From NCBI GenBank assembly GCA_017532425.1, contig JAFXJH010000136.1, forward strand, positions 12,027 to 76,026: a stretch of DNA of 64,000 bases. The letters are read 5' to 3'. Position numbers and translations under genes: made by a program. Position 1 is the stretch's first letter, and every line of letters starts with the position of its first letter. The DNA comes from Clostridia bacterium. GTDB lineage: Bacteria; Bacillota; Clostridia; Oscillospirales; CAG-272. This document shows, one piece after another, positions 18,445-28,117 of the stretch. The notes beneath the pieces are model-generated. The model searched no databases. It was given only the letters and a program-made list of their open reading frames with translations, and was not told the DNA's origin.

Positions 18445-21400
18445 ATGAGACTATTCAAAGGATTGATCTGCTGTTTGCTGATTTTTTCTATGCTTTCGTC
18501 TGTGCTTTTGGCGGTAAGTGCTGCTGATATCGGGACTAAGGCAGGAGAAAGAACGGGCATTGAAGTTGACCGTATAGTAACAGACGGAGTTACTCATCCC
18601 GAGGGTTACTATAGGTCGGATAAGAAGCTTGAAGAGATTCCCGTAACATACGAGGCGTGGGTCTATATGCCTTCGTCTGTATCCTATGAAACGAACGGTA
18701 ACAGGATCCTGTCAAATATTCCGCATATATATGCTGTAGGTACAGATAACTGGTTCAGCTTTGAGCTCAAAAACGGCTGTGAACCCAAGCTTATGTTCGG
18801 ATATAATAATAAATCGGTTGCCGAGGTAGTTTTCTGGGAAGGCGGTCGTGTACCTAAGGACAAATGGACTCACCTCGTTCTCGTTCACGATCAGGTTAAT
18901 AGTAAGGTCAGCTGTTACCTGAACGGAGAGCTTAAGGAAACGAAGAATTTCACCTTCGTGCCCGATGAAACTACTATAGATAATCATTTCTTCTTTGCAG
19001 GTGATGGATACAGCGCTAACGCCAAGGCTTTTCAGGGTAAGCTCGGCGACGTTTCGGTATATTCGGACGTGCGAAATGCGTCAGAGGTCAAAAGCGATTA
19101 TCAGAACGGCGCAAGCGTGTCTGATAAAGCTCTTCTCCTTTACTATCAGATATCTGCAGATAAGCAGGAAAAGGATATTGAAGACATAAGCGGCAACGGC
19201 TATGATATGAATTATTATCGTATGCTCTTAACAGAAGGTGAAATGGATGACATACGTGAGCAGGATAGCAAGGAATATGCATATTCGATTGCTTTTATTC
19301 CCGATACGCAGTACATAACAGCGAGATATCCCGATAAGCTTGCACCGATATTCGACTATATAATTGATAATAAATCCTCTAAAAATATAAAATACGTTGT
19401 CGGTCTCGGTGATATGACAGATGCTAACGCTGACGCAGAATGGACTATGGTCAAAAAGCAGTACGACCGATTTAACGGAGTGCTTCCTTACGCTCTGATA
19501 AGGGGTAACCACGACGGAAGAGGCTCAGATACCAAATTCGATAGCATCTTCGCTCAGCCTGCGGAAGAATATTATAAACATGTTAAGGAAAACGGAGGAT
19601 TCTATGAGGAATCTTCGGTAAAGAATACCTATCTGCTCTTTGAAGAAAATAATATCAAGTATATGATATTGAACCTCGACTACGGTATCACTGAGGACGT
19701 GCTTGATTGGGCGGATACGGTTATTTCAGAACATCCCGACCACAGAGTTATGATCGTAACACACGCCTGGCTGAATATAAATGCAGAGCAGTTTACGGGG
19801 GATGACTGGGCTACACCGAGCGAAGAGGTTCCGGGCAGCACAGACCCCGATAAGATGTGGGAGAATCACTTCAGAAAGCACGCAAACATCGATATGATCG
19901 TTTGCGGACATACAAACTCCGATCAGATACTTTCAACACCGGTGGTAGGAGATAACGGAAATATCGTTTATCAGATCCTTATTGACGGTCAGTATGCAGA
20001 TATTTCAGCATTTAACGGACTCGGTCTCGTTGCAATTATGTATTTTACAGAGGACGGACGTTTTGCGAAGATAGAATACTATTCTACGGCATACGAAAGA
20101 TATTATTACGAGGGTCATACCGATATCAGCCTTGATTTCGGCTTTGTAAGCTCTAATGACGTAACTCTCAGCGGTAGCGTTACACTTACGGGCAAAGATC
20201 TTGTAAACGGCGACTTTGCATTCGATCTTTATACGGCAAATTCGAGATTTATAGCAGGCGATAAAATCGAGAGCGTAACAAACAGAAACGGTAAATTTTC
20301 GTTTACTCTTGATTATACGGAAAAAGACATAGGTAAAACGTATTACTACATTATAAGGGAAGTAAATGCAGGACAGACGATAAGCGGTATTACTTATAGC
20401 TCTACTGTATATAAGATAACGGTCATGGTCGTTGATGACGGCAAGGGCGGTATCAACGTTAAAGCCACCGTAGGTGGAGGTACTGCACTTAACGCACTTG
20501 ACTTCTCAAACAGCTATAAGATTTCTTCGACATCGTCAGAAAAGCTGATTCTCGGCGGTAAGGTTACACTCGGCGATATGATCTTCGCAGACGATACCTT
20601 TAAGTTTGCTCTCTATGCGGCAAGCTCGGGCTTCGTGGCGGGAGATAAGATCGATACAACGACAAATAACAGCGATAGCTTCTCTTTTGTACTTGATTAC
20701 ACAGCAGCGGATAAAGGTCAGACTTACTACTACGTCCTTAAGCAGGTAAACGGCGGACAGACGATAAACGGTATTACGTACAGCTCTAAGGTATACAAGA
20801 TAACAGTCAAGGTGCTTGATGACGGCAAGGGCGGTATCAGCGTTAAGACAACGGTAAACGGTAATATCTCTCCCGATTCCCTTAACTTTGCAAATGAATA
20901 TGCAGTAGATTCGGACAAAACGGCGAGCGTTACTCTTGCAGGAAAGGTCACACTTGCAGGCAAAGACCTGAAGGATGGCGATTTCGTATTCGAGCTTTAT
21001 ACTTCGGATGAAAGCTTCGCAGTAAGCGGAACGCCAAAGACAGCGGCAAATAAAGACGGTAAATTTTCCTTTGTACTGAATTATACTGCCTCGGATCTGG
21101 GAAAGAACTTTTACTACGTTGTCAAAGAGGCAAATTCGGGTAAGACGGTAAACGGTACTACATACAGTACGGCTGTGTATAAAATTACTGTAAGTATCCT
21201 TGATAACGGCAAGGGCGGAATAGAGGTCGATGCTACTGTAAGCGGCAATGCGACCGCTTCAACGCTTGATTTTGAAAACAGCTATAATATTGCTGATAAT
21301 GCAAGCACGAGCGTAACTCTCGGCGGCAAGGTAACGCTTACCGGAAGAGATCTTACAGACGGCGAATTTACATTCGAGCTCTACTCGGCAAATTCTCTGT

Positions 21401-24120
21401 TTGCGGCAATAGATAAGCTTGACACGGCAGTAAATAAGGAAGGCAAATTTTCAACTACACTTAACTATGTAAAGTCGGATGTCGGACAGACCTTCTACTA
21501 TATAGTTAAAGAAGCAAACGCAGGACAGACAGTAAACGGCATTACGTATAGCTCAGTGATATATAAGATCAGCGTTAAGGTGCTTGATGACGGCAAGGGC
21601 GGCGTTATGACGAATATAACAGTAAGCGGCGGCACAGCACCCGATGAACTGAACTTTGCAAACAGCTATAGAATAGTTGACGGAGTAAAAGAGAGCGTGA
21701 CTCTCAGCGGTAAGGTAACGCTCACGGGTAAAGCTCTTGAGGACGATACGTTTAAGTTTGATCTTTACGAAGCAAACGCAAGCTTTGCAGAAGGTAAAAA
21801 GCTGGAAACAGCCACAAATGCGGACGGAAGATTCTCGTTTATACTTTGCTATACAAAGTCGGACGCGGGCAAAATCTTCTGCTACGTAGTCAAAGAGGTA
21901 AACGCAGGAAAGACGGTAGACGGCATTACGTATAGCTCGGCTGTATATAAGATAAATGTGAAAATTCTTGACGACGGCAAGGGCGGTATCAAGTCTGAGG
22001 TGAAGGTGAACGGCGATACGGCATCCGATGCACTTGATTTTGCAAATGCTTACCTGATAGGCTCGGGTGAAAAGGCAAACGTAACGCTCTCGGGAAATAT
22101 TACGCTTAGCGGCAAGGATATTCTTGACGGCGAGTTCGGATTTGAGCTTTATAAAGCAGATGAAGGCTTTAAGGCAGAGGACACGCCCTATACGGTAGTT
22201 AATGACGGTGATAAATTCTCGTTTGCACTTGAATATACTTCCGAAGATATAGGACAGACCTTCTACTATCTTGTTAAACAGAAAAACGCAGGTAAAACGT
22301 TAAACGGTATCACTTACAGCGCTTCCGAATATAAAATAACCGTTAAGGTTATTGACAACGGCAAGGGCGGTATCAGAGCTGACGCTAACGTAAGCGGTGA
22401 TGCAACCCCTTCAACGCTTAACTTTAAAAACAGCTATAAGACGGCTGACGATGCAAGTGCAGACGTAACTCTCGGCGGTAAGGTGACATTTGTCGGAAAA
22501 GACCTTGTCGACGGTGAATTTGCGTTTGAGATATATGCGGCAAGTTCAAGCTTCGTAGCACTTGATAAGATCGATACGGTAGCAAATAAGGGCGGTAAAT
22601 TCTCACTTACGCTTAACTATACGTCGGCAGATGTCGGACAGACCTTCTACTATATTGTTAAAGAGGTAAATGCAGGACAGACGCTCAGAGGTATTACTTA
22701 TAGCTCAAAGGTATACAAGATAACCGTTGCGGTAGCCGACGACGGTAACGGCGGCGTGAAGGCTACGGCAAAGGTAAGCGGCGGAGTCTCGCTTGATTCC
22801 CTTGACTTTACAAACAGCTATAAGATCACCGACGGCACGGTAGCAAACGCAGTGCTCGGAGGAAGCGTATCACTTACGGGCAAGGAGCTTGCAGACGGAG
22901 CTTTTGACTTTGATCTTTACGAAGCAAACGCAAGCTTTGCAGAAGGCAAAAAGCTCTATACTACCACAAATGCTGACGGTAAATTCTCATTTGTGCTCGA
23001 TTATACCAAGTCTGATGCGGGCAAGACCTTCTACTACGTAGTTAAAGAGGCAAACGCAGGACAGACGATAAACGGTGTTACTTATAGCTCGGCTGTATAT
23101 AAGATAAGTGTCAGAGTTGAATCTGATAATAAGGGAAATATCACCGCTACGACAACCGTAGACGGCGGTAATAAGCTTAACGCACTTGACTTTGAAAACA
23201 GCTATAAGATTAGCGATGATGCAAGCGCAGAGCTAAGTATCGGAGGTAACGTAACTCTTACCGGCAAGGATCTTACAGACGGAGTGTTTGATTTTGAGCT
23301 TTACGAAGCAGATGAAAGCTTTGCAGAAGGTAAGAAGCTCTATACAACCACAAATACAAGCGGCAAGTTCTCGCTTACTATCAAATATATGGCAGCAGAC
23401 GTAGGAAAGACCTTCTACTATTTCCTTAAGGAAGCAGATACAGAAAAAGAGGGTATTATATGCGATAAAACCGTATATAAGATAACAGTTAAAATACTTG
23501 ATGACCAAAACGGCGGTATCATGATTGAAGCTGAGGTAAACGGCGGCAGAGCGATCGATGCGCTTGACTTTGCAAACAGCTATAAGATATCTGACGAAGC
23601 AAAGGTAAATACAACGATAAGCGGCAAGGTTACACTTGACGGAAGAGATATTGCCGCAGGTGAATTTGCATTCCTTCTTTATTCCGTGAACAGCGAATTC
23701 ACTATCGGTGCGGGTGCTACACCCGTAAGAGTAGTGAACTCTTCAGACGGAAGCTTTGTATTTGAAAATATCACCTTTGATAAGGCTGTAAAATATTACT
23801 TCGTAATTGTCGAAGACGGTAAATGCGATGTGAAAAACGTAAAGCTTGACGCAAGCGTGTATCACCTGACCGTCGACGTCAGGGATAACGGCGAGGGCGG
23901 ACTTGAGATAGCTGAGATCGTTATCACAAGGAAGGGAAGCACGGATGCGGTAGATACTTTAGAATTCGCAAACGAATATTCCGCTTTGGAAAATACGGAA
24001 AAGCCCGAAAACGGTGATAATATGCTTTGGCTGTGGATTCTTATAATTGTTGTTGCTGTATGCGTTGTTATATGTACTTTGGTATATGTGCTTAAGAGAA
24101 AACGCGCAAAAGCCGAATAA
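18445..24120 (+). CDS. 1891-aa surface protein: signal peptide, LamG-like lectin domain, calcineurin-like metallophosphoesterase domain, 10 tandem Spy0128/FctA-type pilin isopeptide domains, C-terminal TM anchor
   Basis: Signal peptide and a jelly-roll-like region (WTHLVLVHD, FQGKLGDVSVY). Metallophosphoesterase motif series PDTQ/GLGDMTD/RGNHDG/VTHAW/CGHTN. Ten ~128-aa repeats ending in F-x-N-x-Y. C-terminal hydrophobic helix plus KRKRAKAE. Confidence 0.8.
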   Translation: MRLFKGLICCLLIFSMLSSVLLAVSAADIGTKAGERTGIEVDRIVTDGVTHPEGYYRSDKKLEEIPVTYEAWVYMPSSVSYETNGNRILSNIPHIYAVGTDNWFSFELKNGCEPKLMFGYNNKSVAEVVFWEGGRVPKDKWTHLVLVHDQVNSKVSCYLNGELKETKNFTFVPDETTIDNHFFFAGDGYSANAKAFQGKLGDVSVYSDVRNASEVKSDYQNGASVSDKALLLYYQISADKQEKDIEDISGNGYDMNYYRMLLTEGEMDDIREQDSKEYAYSIAFIPDTQYITARYPDKLAPIFDYIIDNKSSKNIKYVVGLGDMTDANADAEWTMVKKQYDRFNGVLPYALIRGNHDGRGSDTKFDSIFAQPAEEYYKHVKENGGFYEESSVKNTYLLFEENNIKYMILNLDYGITEDVLDWADTVISEHPDHRVMIVTHAWLNINAEQFTGDDWATPSEEVPGSTDPDKMWENHFRKHANIDMIVCGHTNSDQILSTPVVGDNGNIVYQILIDGQYADISAFNGLGLVAIMYFTEDGRFAKIEYYSTAYERYYYEGHTDISLDFGFVSSNDVTLSGSVTLTGKDLVNGDFAFDLYTANSRFIAGDKIESVTNRNGKFSFTLDYTEKDIGKTYYYIIREVNAGQTISGITYSSTVYKITVMVVDDGKGGINVKATVGGGTALNALDFSNSYKISSTSSEKLILGGKVTLGDMIFADDTFKFALYAASSGFVAGDKIDTTTNNSDSFSFVLDYTAADKGQTYYYVLKQVNGGQTINGITYSSKVYKITVKVLDDGKGGISVKTTVNGNISPDSLNFANEYAVDSDKTASVTLAGKVTLAGKDLKDGDFVFELYTSDESFAVSGTPKTAANKDGKFSFVLNYTASDLGKNFYYVVKEANSGKTVNGTTYSTAVYKITVSILDNGKGGIEVDATVSGNATASTLDFENSYNIADNASTSVTLGGKVTLTGRDLTDGEFTFELYSANSLFAAIDKLDTAVNKEGKFSTTLNYVKSDVGQTFYYIVKEANAGQTVNGITYSSVIYKISVKVLDDGKGGVMTNITVSGGTAPDELNFANSYRIVDGVKESVTLSGKVTLTGKALEDDTFKFDLYEANASFAEGKKLETATNADGRFSFILCYTKSDAGKIFCYVVKEVNAGKTVDGITYSSAVYKINVKILDDGKGGIKSEVKVNGDTASDALDFANAYLIGSGEKANVTLSGNITLSGKDILDGEFGFELYKADEGFKAEDTPYTVVNDGDKFSFALEYTSEDIGQTFYYLVKQKNAGKTLNGITYSASEYKITVKVIDNGKGGIRADANVSGDATPSTLNFKNSYKTADDASADVTLGGKVTFVGKDLVDGEFAFEIYAASSSFVALDKIDTVANKGGKFSLTLNYTSADVGQTFYYIVKEVNAGQTLRGITYSSKVYKITVAVADDGNGGVKATAKVSGGVSLDSLDFTNSYKITDGTVANAVLGGSVSLTGKELADGAFDFDLYEANASFAEGKKLYTTTNADGKFSFVLDYTKSDAGKTFYYVVKEANAGQTINGVTYSSAVYKISVRVESDNKGNITATTTVDGGNKLNALDFENSYKISDDASAELSIGGNVTLTGKDLTDGVFDFELYEADESFAEGKKLYTTTNTSGKFSLTIKYMAADVGKTFYYFLKEADTEKEGIICDKTVYKITVKILDDQNGGIMIEAEVNGGRAIDALDFANSYKISDEAKVNTTISGKVTLDGRDIAAGEFAFLLYSVNSEFTIGAGATPVRVVNSSDGSFVFENITFDKAVKYYFVIVEDGKCDVKNVKLDASVYHLTVDVRDNGEGGLEIAEIVITRKGSTDAVDTLEFANEYSALENTEKPENGDNMLWLWILIIVVAVCVVICTLVYVLKRKRAKAE
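20161..23980 (+). repeat. in-frame tandem coding repeat array, 10 units
   Basis: Unit starts read directly at 20161, 20545, 20929, 21313, 21697, 22081, 22465, 22849 and 23233. This gives eight units of exactly 384 bp, one of 378 bp, and a divergent tenth starting at 23611. Confidence 0.9.
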
Positions 24121-24127
24121 TTAAAAT

Positions 24128-24166
24128 AAAAACGGTAGCGGATAAATTATCTGCTACCGTTTTTGA
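24128..24166 (+). terminator. intrinsic terminator after the 1891-aa surface protein gene
   Basis: ACGGTAGC...GCTACCGT stem followed by TTTTGACTTTTT. Confidence 0.7.
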
Positions 24167-24192
24167 CTTTTTGATTTTCTTATATTTAAAAA

Positions 24193-24224
24193 ATCAGCCT
24201 ACGACAAGCTTGCCGAAGGCTGAT
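24193..24224. terminator. hairpin terminator downstream of the DUF1015 gene (T-runs on both sides)
   Basis: ATCAGCCT...AGGCTGAT stem flanked by A-run and T-run. Confidence 0.6.
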
Positions 24225-24258
24225 ACTTTTTTTGTGAAAGCTTTTCTCAAGAATAAAC

Positions 24259-25461
24259 TTACTTGATCTTTCTTGCCTCAATGTAGAATCTCTTGTCAGC
24301 GGCGTGTCCCATAGAGAAGGTCTTTCTCGGAAGTACACCGTCAAGCATAATGGCAGGGAAGAGCTCGCTCTTTTTCATACCGTCGAAGATAAATCCGATG
24401 GTATTTTCATTGCTTGCAAGGTTTTTGACAACCTCTTCTCCGTGAATGTAGTCAACCGATGCAGATGGATGCCCTTTGATGTAGAGATCGATAAAATCCT
24501 GAAGCGCACCTACCGTAAGTCTTCCGTTTGTGGGAATGTAGATGTCCTTTTCTTCGTCGCCGAAAATGCAGCGTACCTTGTTGCCCGAAATTTTGTCGCA
24601 GGAGCCGAAATGCTTTTCGATAGAAGAAAGTACATCGGATGGCGAAACGCCGAACATAACGCGGAAAATCGGCTCAAAAACGAGCGAATCGTCGTGAATG
24701 TTGACTATCTCGCAAAGAGCGTATCGCGAAAGCTCGGAAGGGTCTCTCGTGTAGCATTCCTTTGCGGTTGCAAGAGAATGGTTACCGTCGCCGACAGCAA
24801 AAAGCATACCATCGTCAGAAATTATCTCAGACAAAGCCTTGTTTATGATATCCTGTGCTTCACTGTCAATAAGATATCCCGAAATGTGTCCGGAGCTCTG
24901 CATAAGATCGAAATCGTATGCTTTTTCCATAGTATTCTTTGAAGCTTCAAGATTTCCGAGGATCTTGTTGTCGGGGTCGTCTATCAGAATAAGAATATGA
25001 GGAAGCTCGAGCGGAGCATTTTTGCGTATCTCAACGCGGGGAGGTATTCGCTCAATGACCGTCTGCTCGGTAGCTCTGATGAGCGATTTTGCGCCGGGAT
25101 GCCAATCGTAGCTTTCAAGGTCGATAGCACCTACGATACCGTGACGGATCTTTCCGGAGGAGATCTCGCGCTCAACGTATATCATAGCGTTTTCAAACGT
25201 ATTAAAGATATCTCCGTCAAGGTAATCCTTCATATTGGCGTTTACCTTGTTTATTCGCTCTGTAACGTTGTCCGAAAGATATACTTCGGGCAGTGTTATG
25301 CGAAGTGCCGACGGGGTGTTACCGACAAAAGAATCGACCGAATTCCAATATTCGGGCTCGCTTGTGTATTGGTCACAGGCAACTACCGCCCATTTTTCAA
25401 AATTAGCTTTGGGAAGAAGTATATTTGCGGGATAAAGATATTTTTTTACTGATTCAGACAT
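24259..25461 (-). CDS. DUF1015-family protein
   Basis: ~400 aa, with a GDGNHSLATAKE-type motif and an overall pattern that resemble DUF1015. This is a recollection-based call. Confidence 0.45.
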   Translation of the reverse strand: MSESVKKYLYPANILLPKANFEKWAVVACDQYTSEPEYWNSVDSFVGNTPSALRITLPEVYLSDNVTERINKVNANMKDYLDGDIFNTFENAMIYVEREISSGKIRHGIVGAIDLESYDWHPGAKSLIRATEQTVIERIPPRVEIRKNAPLELPHILILIDDPDNKILGNLEASKNTMEKAYDFDLMQSSGHISGYLIDSEAQDIINKALSEIISDDGMLFAVGDGNHSLATAKECYTRDPSELSRYALCEIVNIHDDSLVFEPIFRVMFGVSPSDVLSSIEKHFGSCDKISGNKVRCIFGDEEKDIYIPTNGRLTVGALQDFIDLYIKGHPSASVDYIHGEEVVKNLASNENTIGFIFDGMKKSELFPAIMLDGVLPRKTFSMGHAADKRFYIEARKIK

Positions 25462-25530
25462 AGGAAATTTCCTTTCAAAAAAACTATAACCTGATTGTAT
25501 ACGTTTTGTCTTGAAATGTCAAGAGCTTTC

Positions 25531-27540
25531 TTACATTTCGTGGCGCGGCATATGATGACGTCTTTCTCTTGTACGCTCCTCCTCGGGAGGCGGCGTCATA
25601 TTTTCAAGGTCAGAATCAGATGTGAGATAGCGCTTTGCCTGTGTTGAGAAGAGAGTGTAATATTCACCCTTGGCTGCCATAAGCTCGTCGTGACGACCCA
25701 TTTCGATGATCTCCCCGTATTTGAGTACGATTATTTTGTCAGCCGTGGTCGCGCTCGAAAGTCTGTGCGATACGAAAACAGTGGTCTTATCCTTGCTGAG
25801 CTCGTCAAACTGGTTGTATATTTCCTGCTCAGCCATAGGGTCGAGCGATGCAGTCGGCTCGTCGAGAATAAGAATATCGCTGTTTCTGTAGAAAGCACGA
25901 GCGATAGAAAGCTTCTGCCATTGTCCGATAGAAAGATCAAGTCCGCTCTGCTCGAAGATACGCATAAGAGGTGTATCGTATTTGTCGGGGAGCTTTTCTA
26001 TGAAATCGTCAGCACCAGACTGCGAAGCGGCGTGACGGATAGCTTTTTCCTCCATTTCGCGGTAGATCTCACCGAATGCGATGTTTTCTCCCGCGGTAAA
26101 GGCATATTTTCCGAAGTCCTGAAAAATTATGCCAAAGACCTTGTAAAGCTCTGCGGGATCGTACGTACGTATATCCTTTCCGTCGAAGTATATCGTACCC
26201 TCGGTAGGATCGTACAGACGTGTAAGCAGCTTAATAAGCGTTGTTTTTCCCGCACCGTTAAGACCGACAAGAACGGCGGTATCGCCCGGCTCAAGCTTGA
26301 AGCTGACGTTTTTAAGTACCTTTGCTTCAGTGCCGGGATATGCAAAGCTTACGTTTTTGAATTCGATAGTGTGACCGCTTCCTCGCTTTACGGGCTCGGT
26401 GTTCTTCTCGTCAAGCGCTACGATGTGCTTCTTCTCGTTCATGAAGATGATCATATTCTCGATAAAGAGTGTTCCTTCGTATATGGTGGAGGAGGTTGAA
26501 ATAAGCGTGTTGATACCGCCCGATATAGAGTTAAGAGCACCCGAATATAGAGAATACTGACCGATCTCTGCAATAGTTCCTATACGTACGCCGTTTGCGA
26601 TGAAGAGGAAGAGAAGACAGTTTATAGCGGTGGAAAGGAAGGAGAGGATGATATGCCATATTCCCTCAGCCGTTATAAGCTTCTTGTGACCCGAATAATA
26701 TTTTGCAAATACGTCGTTGTATTTGTCGACAAAGGTATCGTTCAGATCGAAAAGACGAACCTCTTTGACGGTCGTTTTGTTTATAGTAAGGTCTGAATAA
26801 TAGTTAAGCTGACGGCGCTCCTTGGAATTTCTGCGCATATACATAAAATTCTTGCGGCGATACTTGAAGGTGATTATAGCCGACGGTATAGCAAAGGCTA
26901 TGGTAACGAGCGACGCCCACCAGCTTACCGCGCTGAGGATCACTATGTACGATATAATGCTTATTACCACGCTTACGATACTGAACGTGGAATTCAGCAC
27001 GTGTATAGGACGTGTGCTTGCTTCGCGGTTCGCGTTTTCAAGTCTTTCGTAAAAGTCTGGCATATCAAAGCTTGAAATGTCAAGCTCTTTAGCCTTGTTC
27101 ATTATTTTAAGCTTGATATGATTTGTAACTATCTCGGATGATGTTCGGTTGATAATATTGTTTATGTTGCTTACCAGGCTTCTGAAGAAGAGAAAACCGA
27201 ACTGAAGGAGAAGGGGATTAAGTATTATTGAAAATGACGCAGGCTCTCCGAGAGTTTCGAGATGAGTAAGAACCTTGTAAAGCTGATTTAAGAGATTTGC
27301 GGATATGAGCGATCCGACAACAGGCATTATTCCATCGAATATTGCCATAAATACCATTAAAAACAGCAAAAACGGACGGGCTTCCCAAACGAGCTTTATT
27401 ATATAGAAAAGCCTTGAAAAAAATCCGCCTATAACTTTTTTCAGATAAGAAGGAACCTCTTTAAGCGATTTAGGCTTAGGCTCCTTTAGTTTTTCGATCA
27501 TATCTCGGTTAGAGAAGGGCGGTCCGAATCCCGGATTCAT
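25531..27540 (-). CDS. ABC exporter, fused permease and ATP-binding domains
   Basis: Six-TM N-terminal half. Walker A GLNGAGKTT, signature LSIGQWQKL, Walker B ILILDEPT. Immediately downstream of a MarR gene. Confidence 0.88.
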   Translation of the reverse strand: MNPGFGPPFSNRDMIEKLKEPKPKSLKEVPSYLKKVIGGFFSRLFYIIKLVWEARPFLLFLMVFMAIFDGIMPVVGSLISANLLNQLYKVLTHLETLGEPASFSIILNPLLLQFGFLFFRSLVSNINNIINRTSSEIVTNHIKLKIMNKAKELDISSFDMPDFYERLENANREASTRPIHVLNSTFSIVSVVISIISYIVILSAVSWWASLVTIAFAIPSAIITFKYRRKNFMYMRRNSKERRQLNYYSDLTINKTTVKEVRLFDLNDTFVDKYNDVFAKYYSGHKKLITAEGIWHIILSFLSTAINCLLFLFIANGVRIGTIAEIGQYSLYSGALNSISGGINTLISTSSTIYEGTLFIENMIIFMNEKKHIVALDEKNTEPVKRGSGHTIEFKNVSFAYPGTEAKVLKNVSFKLEPGDTAVLVGLNGAGKTTLIKLLTRLYDPTEGTIYFDGKDIRTYDPAELYKVFGIIFQDFGKYAFTAGENIAFGEIYREMEEKAIRHAASQSGADDFIEKLPDKYDTPLMRIFEQSGLDLSIGQWQKLSIARAFYRNSDILILDEPTASLDPMAEQEIYNQFDELSKDKTTVFVSHRLSSATTADKIIVLKYGEIIEMGRHDELMAAKGEYYTLFSTQAKRYLTSDSDLENMTPPPEEERTRERRHHMPRHEM

Positions 27541-27570
27541 ACGATCATTCCTTTCGTTATTTAATATTTT

Positions 27571-28011
27571 TTAGTTTGTATCGCAGCTTTCGATACTTCG
27601 CTTGTTTTCTTCAAGCTTGAGTAAAATATTGCCGAGCGATGTTAACTCTTCCTCGGAAAGAGATGAGAAAAAATCATTTGCGAAAGCTTCGCGGCGTGCA
27701 CGTATTTCCGCAGCGCGTATCCGACCTTCTTCTGTGATGTATATAAGAAGCTCGCGCTTGTCATTTTCGGAGGGAATACGCTCAACAAGCTTGTCTTCGG
27801 CAAGTTTTACTATAGTTTCTGAGAGAGACTGAGGACGAATGTCAAGTCTTTCTGCAAGTATCTTCTGACTGAGTCCATCTTCACGGCAGAGTGTGGTGAG
27901 TATCCTTCCTCTTCCTATGAAGTTTTCGCAGGAGTTATTTCTTTTTCTGTGACTAAGCTTTTCAACACGGTGTAAAAGTCCGAGTAACTCGTAGGATGTA
28001 ATTTCAGCCAT
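27571..28011 (-). CDS. MarR-family transcriptional regulator
   Basis: 146 aa with a winged-helix pattern (LSQKILAERLDIRPQSLSETIVKLAEDKLVER). Operon partner of the ABC exporter. Confidence 0.8.
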   Translation of the reverse strand: MAEITSYELLGLLHRVEKLSHRKRNNSCENFIGRGRILTTLCREDGLSQKILAERLDIRPQSLSETIVKLAEDKLVERIPSENDKRELLIYITEEGRIRAAEIRARREAFANDFFSSLSEEELTSLGNILLKLEENKRSIESCDTN

Positions 28012-28117
28012 GGTTGATTTCCTTTCGTGAAAAAAATAAGGTACCTTACTTTATTATAACACGTGTAGTCATCCGTGTCAATAGGAAGGTACCTTATTAT
28101 TTTGTGTTTTGATAAAT

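Noticed and set aside
20161-23980. Regularly spaced repeats checked as a possible CRISPR array
   Set aside because: The units are 384 bp, contiguous with no unique spacers, in frame and translated as protein domains. This is a coding tandem repeat, not a CRISPR array. I saw no short direct-repeat/spacer array anywhere else in the window.
23980-24120. Sortase sorting signal (LPXTG-like) at the C-terminus of the 1891-aa protein
   Set aside because: The TM helix and basic tail are present. However, the preceding residues (ALENTEKPENGDNM) contain no LPXTG, SPKTG, NPQTN or similar pentapeptide, so I do not call it a sortase substrate.
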